Source: an uncultured Chloroflexia bacterium (GTDB lineage: Bacteria > Chloroflexota > Limnocylindria > Limnocylindrales > CSP1-4). Taken from it: a stretch of DNA of 64,000 bases. Location of the stretch: contig CAWHXD010000006.1 of the NCBI GenBank assembly GCA_963833225.1, positions 256,001-320,000 of the forward strand, written 5' to 3'. Positions within the stretch are counted from its first letter, which is position 1; each line of letters begins with the position of its first letter. Below the pieces are notes generated by a model that worked only from the letters and a program-made list of their open reading frames with translations, was not told the origin of the DNA and did not search any database. Shown here in pieces: positions 39,201 to 48,244 of the stretch. Made by a program: the position numbers and the translations under genes.

Positions 39201-39588
39201 CCTCCAGTCGTCCTCGGCGGCGTTCCCGGAGTTCCAGAAGATCGTGGTCGCCAGCCCCACGACCATCGTGTGGGGTGACACGCTCGGCGAGGCGCTCAAC
39301 GAGCTGCTGACCCAGCAGGGGCAAGGGCCCACGCCCACGCCAGAACCCACACCCACTCCGGGGCCCAACGCCACGCCCAGGCCGTCGGTCTCGCCGGGTC
39401 CGGGCGACCAGCTGCCGAGTGACGTCAACGGCCTGATTGCCTACGCCAGCGCGCACTACGACCTGGCGCAGGCCGCGCTGCGGAGTGGCGATCTCGCGAC
39501 GTACGCCGACGAGATGAACAAGGTGGGGTCGGCGATCAGCCGGCTTACCGAGCTCACCGGCTCCCCGGTCCCGACCACCGCGCCGTGA
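36292..39588 (+). CDS. UPF0182 family membrane protein
   Basis: WTDAIWYQSVGFDSVF, DPIFNRDVSFFLFDLP, RLWDYRP, YTHGIG, NYVRNSVK and RGNLIVVP; Pro/Thr linker near the C-terminus. Confidence 0.93.
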   Translation: MGDLFDEFMRDLERRRAEAEGGSPPHDPDADGDATDGTAADDGIEAHGDSTPEADDANDEPAHDEPTPIRRRRSGSRERSAGATPRHAAGSGAPPRRPARKPAGGPNDGGDLTLGGILRRVGIGAILVVVALVVFLAGIGIELWTDAIWYQSVGFDSVFWTRLGVQVALFAAALAVSLVVLLFNLWLAGRFAPPPNPERPGRMREVAQRIGDAQRQAERAARMGAGPTGRGPAGGFPGRGADVPGTFDMDDIPDLVPIARWAIAVVAVFIALGIAGSVSGAWTTLLLWINRVPFDPSQTVADPIFNRDVSFFLFDLPTFRWAQSLFNGLLLASLLVAGARYLAQATQGGEVFITRVRVHLAVLGGLYLLSVALGYQLDKYELVYSTAGSTVGVGFTDFNARFLAYDVLTFLSGIAGALLIAGAFTRWMWPLGAIVIIWFSASIVLGRLYPEAIQRLTVDPNEFAQEERFIANNIGMTRLAYGLDKWETKSYAGTAPLTRAAVEAEADTFTNARLWDYRPLGTTLDQLQTVRQYYDFVDVDTDRYIVDGDLRQVMLSGRELAIEKNPQASSWVNQRIIYTHGIGVAMVPVNEVTQEGQPRLWIRDLPPVSSPGVPEITQPRLYFGEADDHYVVTGARQPEFDIPGNGTTEDLTYSWTGTTGIKLDSTLTRLLFSLRFRDFDLMISDQVTADSQLLFHRTLRDRVTRIAPFLRFDKDPYLTVDRGRLVYIQDAYTISDSFPQSTWFNAGDLAPESGLAGESFNYVRNSVKITMDAYDGTMTFYVADEADPLIRAWQGVFPDLFHPLSEMSSDLRDHLRVPEELFNVQTRMYGQYHVTQPLTFFNNTDRWTVPQPQSNTQSLPPEAYYVVMRMPGEPKAEFLLLQPMIAQNRPNMIAWVAARNDPANYGTVRAYRFPSDTTIFGPAQIESRIDADPVISSQVTLWDQAGSDVIRGNLIVVPVGESLLYLQPVYLQSSSAAFPEFQKIVVASPTTIVWGDTLGEALNELLTQQGQGPTPTPEPTPTPGPNATPRPSVSPGPGDQLPSDVNGLIAYASAHYDLAQAALRSGDLATYADEMNKVGSAISRLTELTGSPVPTTAP

Positions 39589-40583
39589 CCGCCGTCCCCG
39601 CTGCCGGGGGCTCGTTGGTACGGAAGCCGCCGAGCCGGCTCGGCTGGGGGACGGTCGCCACCGGGGCAATCGCCGTCACGCTGCTCCGCCCCGCATCCTG
39701 GGGGCTGGGTCTGCTCGGCTTCCTCGCCGGGGGCGGGATCCTGCTGGTTGCCTGGCCGATCCTCGTCCTGCCGACGCCGCCGGGCCTCCAGAACCTGCTC
39801 GCCGGGCCAATCAGCTCGCTGGTGTTCGGCACGCTGTCCCCGTCGCTCGTGGTCCTGGCCATCGGTGGGTTGGTCGGATCGGTGGCCGTGGTCGTCGCGG
39901 CGACGCTCCTGGGCGCCTGGGCCGAACGCCAGGGGATCGCGCTCGTGCTCGAGGCCGCCGCGGATGACGGGCTGAAGCTGCCGCCAACAGCGCCCGACGG
40001 GGCTCCGGGCACCGGGCGCGTTGCGCTGGTCCGACTGCTCGCGCTGGTGCCGGTCATGGTCGCCGCGGGCCTCGCCTGGGGACCTGTCTATGGCGCGACC
40101 TACCATGAGCTGGTCCTCCCCCGCGACCTCGTGACACCGCTTCCGCTTCGCGTGCTTGCCCAGGTGCCGTGGCCGGTGCTGGGGGTGGCGATCACCTGGC
40201 TCCTTGCCGATGCTGCCGCCGCGATCGGGGTGCGCCGCCTGGTGCTTGACCGCCGTCCGGTGCTCGCCGCATGGCTGCTGGGCTGGGCGGACCTGGTGCG
40301 CCGGCCCCATCGGGTGATCGCGACCGCGCTGCTCGGCGTTGGCGTGCTGGTCGCCCTGCTGGGACCGTCGATGGCTGCCGCCGCCATCGGATGGGGGCGC
40401 GTCCGCGACATCCTCGAGGCGGGAGGCGACCCAGTCACCGTGGTCGGCGCGACGCTGGTCTGGGTGGCCATCTGGCTGGGCGGCCTGGTGCTCGCGGGCG
40501 TCGGCGCCGCCGTCCGGGCCGCGGCCTGGACGCTGGAGGTCCCGGCGCAGACCGTGCCCCCGCAGGAGTCGTCACCCGCCTGA
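39585..40583 (+). CDS. Hypothetical multi-pass membrane protein
   Basis: Hydrophobic ORF; GTGA overlap with the UPF0182 stop. Confidence 0.7.
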   Translation: MTAVPAAGGSLVRKPPSRLGWGTVATGAIAVTLLRPASWGLGLLGFLAGGGILLVAWPILVLPTPPGLQNLLAGPISSLVFGTLSPSLVVLAIGGLVGSVAVVVAATLLGAWAERQGIALVLEAAADDGLKLPPTAPDGAPGTGRVALVRLLALVPVMVAAGLAWGPVYGATYHELVLPRDLVTPLPLRVLAQVPWPVLGVAITWLLADAAAAIGVRRLVLDRRPVLAAWLLGWADLVRRPHRVIATALLGVGVLVALLGPSMAAAAIGWGRVRDILEAGGDPVTVVGATLVWVAIWLGGLVLAGVGAAVRAAAWTLEVPAQTVPPQESSPA

Positions 40584-40693
40584 CGCTCCGAGCGTCACGT
40601 GCTCGGCCCGGTCGGGCCGCGCACCCCTGTTACACTGCCGCTCGCTGCGCGCCGGCGGGCGCGCTCCTGCCCACGGAGGCGACACTTCAGCTC

Positions 40694-41353
40694 ATGCCCG
40701 ACGAGATTCTCCAGGCGATCGGCGACACGATCGGCGGCTTCTTTGGAAACCCGGTCGTCCAGCTCACGATCCAGGCCCTCATGGTCTATGTCGCCATCCT
40801 GTGGCTTGCCGCCGCGTATTGGGCCTTCCGCGACATGCAGCTGCGGAGCGAGAACCCTGTTCTGCCGTACCTCGCCGCCGCGCTGATCGTGCTGTTCACC
40901 CCCGTCCTGTTCGCCTTTGGGGTGATCGTGTACCGGATCATCCGGCCGCAGGAGAAGATCGGCGAGGTCTACGAGCGGAACTTGGCCGAAGAGGCGCTCC
41001 TGGCCGAGGTCGAGCAGATCAAGACCTGCCCGGGTTGCCACCGCCGGATCAGCGACGACTGGATCATCTGCCCCACCTGCCGCACCCGCCTCAACCGCGT
41101 GTGTGCGAACTGCGGGCGGCTGGTCGGCCTCGACTGGTCGCTGTGCGCATGGTGCGGGAAGGACTTCGAGCGGGGTGACATCGCGGCCTACGAGCCGATT
41201 GCCAGCGGCCTCGGGGACCTCGACCGGATCACCGCCCCGGCTGCCCGGACGGCCCGCCCGCGAGCCCGCACCGGAGCGGCGCGGCAGGCGCCGCCGGCGC
41301 CACAGCCTGCGCCCGGCGGGGCGAGCGCGTCCGAGCCAGTCGCCGAATCTTGA
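40694..41353 (+). CDS. Membrane-anchored double zinc ribbon protein
   Basis: Two TM helices followed by CPGC, CPTC, CANC and CAWC. Confidence 0.85.
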   Translation: MPDEILQAIGDTIGGFFGNPVVQLTIQALMVYVAILWLAAAYWAFRDMQLRSENPVLPYLAAALIVLFTPVLFAFGVIVYRIIRPQEKIGEVYERNLAEEALLAEVEQIKTCPGCHRRISDDWIICPTCRTRLNRVCANCGRLVGLDWSLCAWCGKDFERGDIAAYEPIASGLGDLDRITAPAARTARPRARTGAARQAPPAPQPAPGGASASEPVAES

Positions 41354-42384
41354 CCGGGGGCCCCGGCGGGGGCGAACGTCCGCCCATCGATCCCGACCGG
41401 GGCGCACGCTCCGCGGATGCTGCTCCGCCCGGTGGGCCTCCGCGACCCCCGGGCGTCTTCAGCCTCGAGGGTCGTGCCGTTCCCGCGGTCTACGTCGTGG
41501 GCTGGATCGGGACCCATTCTCGGTGGCGGCATCCTGTTCGTGTCGTTCGCGGCCACGTCGCTCGGTCGCGGCCCCATGGCTGTTCCTCGCCGGGCTGGTC
41601 TTCCTCGCGATCGGGGTCGTGTCCGCGACCGGCTCCCAGGCAATCGAGCGCGGCCGCCGCGCTCGACCTCGCCTACCGGGGTCCATCTCCCGTCCTCGCG
41701 TTCCTCGTCGTCGTGGTGCTCACGCTCCTCGTCCTGATCGTGATCCTGGCGCCGCTGTCGACCCTGGGGCTGGATGCCACATCGCCGCTCGCCACGACGC
41801 TCAACCTTGCGCTCACCACCGCGCTCTACATCGGTGTCATCCGCCTGCTGGTGGTTGGACCAGGCTCGCTCTCGTGGGGTGAGATGGGCGTCGTGCGACC
41901 GAGCATGGGCGCCGTCCGTGACCTGGCCGCTGGAGCGCTGCTCGCGGTCCCGGTGCTCGTTGTCACCTTGGCCCTCGGGGCGATCCTGTCCCGATTCCTG
42001 GAGCCGTCACCGAGCCCGCTCCCAGGGGCCGGCAATGCCGCCGGCCTCATCGCCAACCTGCTGTCCGCAGCCATCCTGGCGCCGATCGGCGAGGAGCTGT
42101 TCTTCCGCGGCTTCGCCACCACGGCCTGGGCGCGGGCGGCCGGTCCCGCGGCCGCGATCCTGCGAGGCGCCGTGTTCTTCGCCCTCGCTCACGTGGTCAC
42201 CGTGGTCGACGCGTCCTTTGGCACCGGCGCTCAGCGGGCGCTGTTCTCGTTCCTCGCCCTGATGCCGGTGGGTCTTGCGTTGGGCTGGCTCTACCTGGGA
42301 CGGCGCTCGCTGTACGCCGCCATCGGGCTGCACGCGGCGTTCAACGCGATCCAGGTGCTGCTCCTGGCCATCGGCACGTCCTGA
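41350..42384 (+). CDS. CPBP/CAAX-family intramembrane glutamic protease (compensating frameshifts at about 41520-41660)
   Basis: APIGEELFFRG, FALAH and LHAAFN. TM segments GGGILFVSFAA and PWLFLAGLVFL lie in alternate frames. Confidence 0.85.
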   Translation: MTGGPGGGERPPIDPDRGARSADAAPPGGPPRPPGVFSLEGRAVPAVYVVGWIGTHSRWRHPVRVVRGHVARSRPHGCSSPGWSSSRSGSCPRPAPRQSSAAAALDLAYRGPSPVLAFLVVVVLTLLVLIVILAPLSTLGLDATSPLATTLNLALTTALYIGVIRLLVVGPGSLSWGEMGVVRPSMGAVRDLAAGALLAVPVLVVTLALGAILSRFLEPSPSPLPGAGNAAGLIANLLSAAILAPIGEELFFRGFATTAWARAAGPAAAILRGAVFFALAHVVTVVDASFGTGAQRALFSFLALMPVGLALGWLYLGRRSLYAAIGLHAAFNAIQVLLLAIGTS

Positions 42385-42573
42385 GGCCCTTGTCCACAAA
42401 GCCCTCGCCAAGACGCGGATGAGCGGCCGGTAAGGGGCGGCCCCTAGCCTTCGTCGTGTTCCCGGGTCCGGACGGCGGGGGAAATCGGCGGGCTCCCGTC
42501 GTCCGGGCCCCGGGGACGCCTCTCCCGCGGGCGCGCAGCGGGCGGCCCGCCGGCCAGTCGGAAGGGCAGGTGG

Positions 42574-43350
42574 GTGATGGCGATCGGCAATGGCCTCGTC
42601 GATGACGCTCCGGAGCACCGCCGGGCGTCACGCTCCGTGCGCGACCTGCCCGCCGCCGAGCGGCCCCGCGAGCGGCTCGCCCTGCGCGGGCCTGCGGGGC
42701 TCTCGGCGGCGGAGCTCATCGCGGTGGTCTGGGGCACTGGCAGCGCCGGACGGAGCGCCCTGGACCTCGCGGGGGAGGCGATCGCCCGTCACGCCGGTGT
42801 TGGGGCGCTGGCCCGGGCGACCGACGTGGAGCTGGCCGCGATCCCGGGCGTCGGCGTGGCCAAGGCCGCGCAGCTTGCCGCCGCCTTCGAGCTTGGCCGG
42901 CGGTCCGTGGCGGACTGGCCGGCCGGGAGCTGGACGATCCGGTCGCCGGGGGACGTGGCCGGCCGGATGCTGCTGGAGATGGGCCGCCTCGAGCGCGAGG
43001 AGCTGTGGGTGCTGGCGCTCAACGCCAAGAACGTGGTCCAGCGGGTGTCGCACGTGTACGCGGGCAACGTCAGCGCAAGCCTCGTCCGGGTCGGCGAGCT
43101 GTTCCGGGATGCGGTCAGGCTCGACGCGAGCGGGTTGATCCTGGTCCACAACCACCCGTCTGGCGACCCGACGCCCTCCCCGGACGACCTCCATCTCACG
43201 GCCGAGGCGATCGCCGCCGGGAGGCTGCTGGACGTGGATGTCCTGGACCACGTGGTGATCGGCCACGACATCTGGATCTCGCTCCGGGACCGCGGCGTGA
43301 CGTTCGATCGGCCGGGAAGCGGCCGGCGCGGAAGCGATCGGGCGGCGTGA
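42574..43350 (+). CDS. radC: RadC/JAB-domain protein (full length, with HhH)
   Basis: ERPRERL...LS..ELIA, IPGVGVAKA, HNHPSGDPTPSPDD and LDHVVIG. Confidence 0.93.
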   Translation: MMAIGNGLVDDAPEHRRASRSVRDLPAAERPRERLALRGPAGLSAAELIAVVWGTGSAGRSALDLAGEAIARHAGVGALARATDVELAAIPGVGVAKAAQLAAAFELGRRSVADWPAGSWTIRSPGDVAGRMLLEMGRLEREELWVLALNAKNVVQRVSHVYAGNVSASLVRVGELFRDAVRLDASGLILVHNHPSGDPTPSPDDLHLTAEAIAAGRLLDVDVLDHVVIGHDIWISLRDRGVTFDRPGSGRRGSDRAA

Positions 43351-43463
43351 GCCCCGTGCCACCCACATCGCCCGGGGGCCCCTGGCGGGGTTGCGGCGGA
43401 ACCACGCACCAACGCGGACGACCGACCATCATCCTGGTCACAGCGTGCGTCGTGGAGGACTGG

Positions 43464-44054
43464 ATGGATCGACTGCTCGATCGCGGCGACTCGGTGCTGG
43501 TGGTGATCGACGCCCAGCCCGGGTTCTTCCAGGCGTCCTCCACCCGGGCCGACATCGACAGCGAGGCGATCGTCGCCCGGATCGCGTGGCTCGCCGGCGT
43601 CGCGGCCGCGCTCGGGATCCCTGTCGTCATCACCGAGGAGGACCCGGACCATAACGGGCCGACGGCTGCCGACGTGCTGGAGCGGATCCCGCGGGACACG
43701 CCGGCCCCGTTTCGCAAGTCGGTCTTCGGGTTGGCCGATGCGCCGGAGATCCTGCGCGCCATCGAGGTCACCGGTCGGCGCACGGTGGTCCTGGTGGGCT
43801 TCGAGACTGACGTGTGCGTGACGCAGTCCGCGCTCGGGCTGCTCGATCGTGGGTTCCGGGTCGCGGTCGTGGTCGATGCCACGGGCTCGCCGGGGAAGAT
43901 GCATCGCCATGGCCTGCGCCGGATGCGGGATACGGGCGTCACCCTGGCGCACGCGAAGGGCATCTACTACGAGTGGGTCCGTACGCTCGCCGCGGCGCGG
44001 GCGTTCGAGGACCAGCACCCGCAGCTGGCCGACCCGCCGGGGTTCTCCCTGTAG
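43464..44054 (+). CDS. Isochorismatase-family hydrolase
   Basis: LVVIDAQ, K..F and GFETDVCVTQS; SD GGAGG. Confidence 0.88.
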   Translation: MDRLLDRGDSVLVVIDAQPGFFQASSTRADIDSEAIVARIAWLAGVAAALGIPVVITEEDPDHNGPTAADVLERIPRDTPAPFRKSVFGLADAPEILRAIEVTGRRTVVLVGFETDVCVTQSALGLLDRGFRVAVVVDATGSPGKMHRHGLRRMRDTGVTLAHAKGIYYEWVRTLAAARAFEDQHPQLADPPGFSL

Positions 44055-44150
44055 GCGGCCGCGTGGGTGCGCCCAGCGCACGACCGGACCCGACCACGCG
44101 GCAGGTGACCGATACTCGGCTCCTTCGCGGCACTCGTACAGGGGACGGTC

Positions 44151-45317
44151 ATGAGCGACACCGCCGACGTCATCATCATCGGCGCGGGCGTTCAGGGTGC
44201 CAGCCTCGCGTTCCACCTCGCATCGCGCGGCGCGCGGATTGTGGTGCTCGAGCGGACGACGGTGGCCGCCGGCGCCACCGGCCGGTCGAGTGGCCTGGTC
44301 CGGATCTACTACGACCTGCTCGCGGAGGCGAGGCTGGCGTGGGAGAGCTATGGCTGGTTTGCCGACTGGGATGCGCGGGTCGGCGGCGAGTGCGGGTTCA
44401 CGCGGACCGGCTTCGTGTGGATCGAGCCCGCGACGCGGGCGGAGCGGGTGCGTGCCAACTCGGCCTCGCACCGGGCGATGGGTGTTGATTCGTCGGTCCT
44501 CGACGCCGACGCGATCCGCAGTCTGTTCCCGGGGCTCGAGATCGGCGACGAGGTCGCAGCGTATGAACCCGGCTCCGGGTACGCGGACCCGTTCATGACG
44601 GCGGCCGGGTTCCTCGCCGCGGCGAAGCAGCGCGGTGCCCGGCTCGTCCCGGGAGCTGGGGTGACCGCGATCCGGACGGCGGGTGGACGGGTCGAAGGCG
44701 TCGACACTCGCCGGGGCAGCGTCGATGCGCCGGTCATCGTCAATGCCGCCGGGGGCTGGGCCGGCCGGGTGGCGGCGCTTGCCGGGCTGGACATTCCGAT
44801 CACCGTCTGGCGCCACGACACCGGATACCTGGGCGTGCCGGCCACGGTGACCCGGCCGATCCCGGTGATCATCGACCTCGCCAACTCGATGTACCTGCGG
44901 CCGGAGGGCGCGGACATGATCCTCGTTGGGCTCGAGGACGACAACCAGATGGGCGGTTCGCCGGACCGCGACACCGGCGACGCGAAGCCGGACTTCCGGG
45001 ACCGCGCGGCGGAGCGCGTGATCCAGCGGATCCCGGGGCTCATCGACGGCACGTTCCGTGCCACGCACAGCGGACAGGACGGCCTGACGCCCGACCAGCG
45101 CCCAATGCTCGGGGCGATGGGGCCCGACGGATTCTTCCTGGATTGCGGGCATAGCGGGATGGGGTTCAAGACGGCGCCGGCGATCGGTCTCGCGATGGCC
45201 GAGCTGATCCTCGACGGCGCACCCGCGAGCGTGGACATTGCGCCATTCGCGCCGAGCCGGTTTGCCGAAGGCCGGCACCTCGTGGGCGAGCACGGCGAAG
45301 AGAAGATCTGGCGCTAG
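44151..45317 (+). CDS. FAD-dependent oxidoreductase (DAO/sarcosine oxidase beta-like)
   Basis: IIGAGVQG, GATGRSSG, TPDQRP and GHSGMGFKTAPAIG. Confidence 0.9.
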   Translation: MSDTADVIIIGAGVQGASLAFHLASRGARIVVLERTTVAAGATGRSSGLVRIYYDLLAEARLAWESYGWFADWDARVGGECGFTRTGFVWIEPATRAERVRANSASHRAMGVDSSVLDADAIRSLFPGLEIGDEVAAYEPGSGYADPFMTAAGFLAAAKQRGARLVPGAGVTAIRTAGGRVEGVDTRRGSVDAPVIVNAAGGWAGRVAALAGLDIPITVWRHDTGYLGVPATVTRPIPVIIDLANSMYLRPEGADMILVGLEDDNQMGGSPDRDTGDAKPDFRDRAAERVIQRIPGLIDGTFRATHSGQDGLTPDQRPMLGAMGPDGFFLDCGHSGMGFKTAPAIGLAMAELILDGAPASVDIAPFAPSRFAEGRHLVGEHGEEKIWR

Positions 45318-45574
45318 GGCGATCCCGGCAGCGACGGCGGCGCTCGCCCTGGCTGCGATGGTCCCCGGGTTCGGGCGGGCCGCGACGCCAGCTCAGGATC
45401 GAGCTCCGGGTCTGGTCTCGGATGCGGAGCCCGGGACGGGTGCCGCTATACTGCTCGCGCCCGCCCGCAGACCGTCGCGCGCGGCCCATCGACCCGCTCT
45501 CCCCGCGGCTATCGCCGCTCTCCCGCCGGGCCTCCGCCGGTCCGCCCAGTCAGCAAGGAAACGGCTCCCTCCTC

Positions 45575-46633
45575 ATGTTCGACCGACTCCTCGGCCTCTT
45601 CTCCCGCGACATCGGGATCGACCTCGGCACGGCGAACACCCTCGTCCACGTGCGCGACCGGGGAATCGTGATCTCCGAGCCGTCGGTCGTCGCCATCGAT
45701 GCCAGGACCAAGCGCGTCCTGGCGATCGGCGCCGAGGCCAAGCGGATGGTGGGCCGGACGCCGGCCTCGATCATCGCGGTCCGACCCCTGCGTGACGGCG
45801 TGATCAGCGACTTTGACGTCACCGAGCAGATGATCAAGTACTTCGTGAACAAGGTGCACGACCGGGTGGGCCTGATCCCGCGGCCCCGGATGCTGTTGGG
45901 CATCCCGTCAGGCGTCACCGAGGTCGAGAAGCGCGCTGTTCGCGATGCGGCCCTCAACGCGGGCGCTCGCTGGGCCCGGCTGATCGAGGAACCCATGGCG
46001 GCGGCGATCGGCGCCGGGTTGCCGGTGAGCGAGCCGTCGGGGTCGCTGATCGTGGACATCGGCGGCGGGACGACGGAGGTGGCCGTCCTGTCGCTGGGCG
46101 GGATCGTGGTCAGCCGGTCGATCAGGATCGGTGGCGACGAGATGGACGTCGATATCGTCAACTACGCGCGGCGTGAGTACAACCTGTTCCTGGGCGAGCG
46201 CACGGCCGAGGACATCAAGATCGCGATCGGGTCCGCCTATCCCGGTGAGTGGGACAGCCAGCGCGTGACCCTTCGCGGTCGGGACCTGCTCACCGGCCTG
46301 CCCCGCTCGGTGGAGGTGGGCGCGGACCAGATCCGCGAGGCGATCGAGGTGTCCGTGAGCCAGATCGTGGACACCATCAAGGACACGATCGAGGAGACGC
46401 CGCCCGAGCTCGTGGCCGACATCATGGACCAGGGCGTGGTGCTCGCCGGCGGCGGGGCGCTGCTTGCGGGGCTGGACCGGCGCGTGGCAGAGGCCACCCA
46501 GATGCCGGTCCACGTCGCCGACGACCCGCTGACGTGCGTGGCCCGCGGCACCGGCGTCGTGCTCCAGCAGCTCACCAACACCAACATGGAGCGTGTGCTC
46601 GTCGCGGACACCTACAGCCGCCCGCCGCGCTAG
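45575..46633 (+). CDS. mreB: Rod shape-determining protein MreB
   Basis: DIGIDLGTANT, EPSVVA, PLRDGVI, EPMAAAIG, DIGGGTTE and AGGGALL. Confidence 0.97.
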   Translation: MFDRLLGLFSRDIGIDLGTANTLVHVRDRGIVISEPSVVAIDARTKRVLAIGAEAKRMVGRTPASIIAVRPLRDGVISDFDVTEQMIKYFVNKVHDRVGLIPRPRMLLGIPSGVTEVEKRAVRDAALNAGARWARLIEEPMAAAIGAGLPVSEPSGSLIVDIGGGTTEVAVLSLGGIVVSRSIRIGGDEMDVDIVNYARREYNLFLGERTAEDIKIAIGSAYPGEWDSQRVTLRGRDLLTGLPRSVEVGADQIREAIEVSVSQIVDTIKDTIEETPPELVADIMDQGVVLAGGGALLAGLDRRVAEATQMPVHVADDPLTCVARGTGVVLQQLTNTNMERVLVADTYSRPPR

Positions 46634-46684
46634 GAGCAGCTTCCTGGGGTCCGGCCGCCGGAGCCCGGATGCGGAGCCCGAGCC

Positions 46685-47644
46685 ATGACCCCCAACGTCG
46701 CCAGCAAGCAGAACCGCCGCCGCGGCATCGTGTTCACGGTGCTGATCGCGATCACGCTGCTGCTCATGGCCTTCTCCGGGAACCCCTACCTCCGCGAGGC
46801 CCAGCGCGGCTTCCAGTTCGCGCTCACGCCGTTCCAGGAAGCGCTCGCCTCGTTCGCCGATGGCGTCGCGGGGGTCGCCACGGCGATCACCGAGATCGAT
46901 CAGCTCCGGACGGACAACACGGGCCTGCGCGAGGAGAACGAGCGGCTCGCGAACGAGAACGCCCGGCTCCGCGCCCTCAAGCAGGAGAACGACGCGCTCA
47001 CCGCGCTCCTCCAGCTCCAGGGCGGCTTCGACCACCAGACGGTGGCTGCCAGGGTGATCGGGCGCGAGACGCTCGACACGCGACGGGTCGTGACCCTGGA
47101 CAAGGGCACCGACGACGGGCTCGCGATGGGCGACGTGGTGGTCGTCCAGGGCAGCGCGCTGGCCGGCAAGATCACCGACATCGGGCCGACGTTCGCCAAG
47201 GTCACGCTGATCAGCGATTCGACCTCGACCGTCGTGGGCAAGCTGCTCAACTCGGGCGAGACCGGCGACATCGTGGGGCAGGCGGGCGGCGTCCTGATCA
47301 TGCGCAACGTCGACTCCGGGGTCGAGGTCGGGATCGACGAGGAGGTGTTCACCGCGGGCCTGGAGCTTGCGGGTGGCATCCGGTCGCCGTATCCGCCGGG
47401 ACTCATCATCGGCTCCGTGGTGGACGTGGAGCGCGACGTCAACGACGTCGTCCAGACGGCCTTCCTGGCTCCAGCCGCCAATCTCGACTCGTTCGAGCTG
47501 GCGCTGGTCATCACCGACTACGAGGGCGGACTGCCGCCGATCGACGAGCAGGCTGTCCCGTGCGGCGAAGGGGGCACCGTGCCCGATGGCGAGGTTCCCT
47601 GCTACACGCCGCTGCCGACGCCCAAGGCGACCCCGAAGCCCTGA
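46685..47644 (+). CDS. mreC: Rod shape-determining protein MreC
   Basis: N-terminal TM, coiled coil (LREENERL), ARVIGR, LDKGTDDG and YPPGLIIGSV. Confidence 0.93.
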   Translation: MTPNVASKQNRRRGIVFTVLIAITLLLMAFSGNPYLREAQRGFQFALTPFQEALASFADGVAGVATAITEIDQLRTDNTGLREENERLANENARLRALKQENDALTALLQLQGGFDHQTVAARVIGRETLDTRRVVTLDKGTDDGLAMGDVVVVQGSALAGKITDIGPTFAKVTLISDSTSTVVGKLLNSGETGDIVGQAGGVLIMRNVDSGVEVGIDEEVFTAGLELAGGIRSPYPPGLIIGSVVDVERDVNDVVQTAFLAPAANLDSFELALVITDYEGGLPPIDEQAVPCGEGGTVPDGEVPCYTPLPTPKATPKP

Positions 47645-47662
47645 CCGGCACGCCGGCGAGCG

Positions 47663-48238
47663 TTGAGCGTGGACCCGGTCGTTGCGCTGGTCGGCCTGTA
47701 CCGGGTCGCCGGGTCGCTGCTGGTCCTGCGCTGGCCGTTCTGGGGCGGGGTCGCGGCCGTCGTGTGCGACCTGTTCGACCTGCTGCTGTTCGATGTCGCC
47801 GTCCAATACGGCGGCTGGGCGGGCTTCACCGGCTACCAGGCGTTCGACAAGTGGGCGGACCAGGTCTATCTCGGGGCGTTCCTCGTGGTGGCGCTGCGGG
47901 TGTTCCCGCGCGGTCCCCGGCTGGTGGCGGCCGGGCTGTGGGCGTTCCGGCTCCTGGGGTTCGTCGCGTTCGAGGCTGGGCTGGCGCCGAGGGAGGCCCT
48001 GTTCCTGGTGCCGAACGTATTCGAGTTCTGGTTCCTCGCCGTCGCGTTCACGATGCGCTACCGGCCGGCGTTCGCGTGGACTCCCGCCCGCATGCTGCTC
48101 GTCCTGTCGATCCTCCTCGCCGCCAAGCTGGTGCAGGAGTGGGCGCTGCACGTGGGGCGGTTGTTTGACTCGATGACCTTTCTGGGTGCGATCGGCGCGA
48201 TCTGGGAGACGCTCACCCTGCCGTTCCGGGGTCGATGA
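47663..48238 (+). CDS. Hypothetical membrane protein in the mreD position
   Basis: Hydrophobic; DLFD...YQAFDKWAD and PNVFEFWF motifs; no clear MreD signature. Confidence 0.7.
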   Translation: MSVDPVVALVGLYRVAGSLLVLRWPFWGGVAAVVCDLFDLLLFDVAVQYGGWAGFTGYQAFDKWADQVYLGAFLVVALRVFPRGPRLVAAGLWAFRLLGFVAFEAGLAPREALFLVPNVFEFWFLAVAFTMRYRPAFAWTPARMLLVLSILLAAKLVQEWALHVGRLFDSMTFLGAIGAIWETLTLPFRGR

Positions 48239-48244
48239 GCGGCG

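Noticed and set aside
42574-43350. radC as a marker of a mobile or anti-defence island
   Set aside because: Full-length chromosomal type near mreBC; no integrase, att site or compositional shift.
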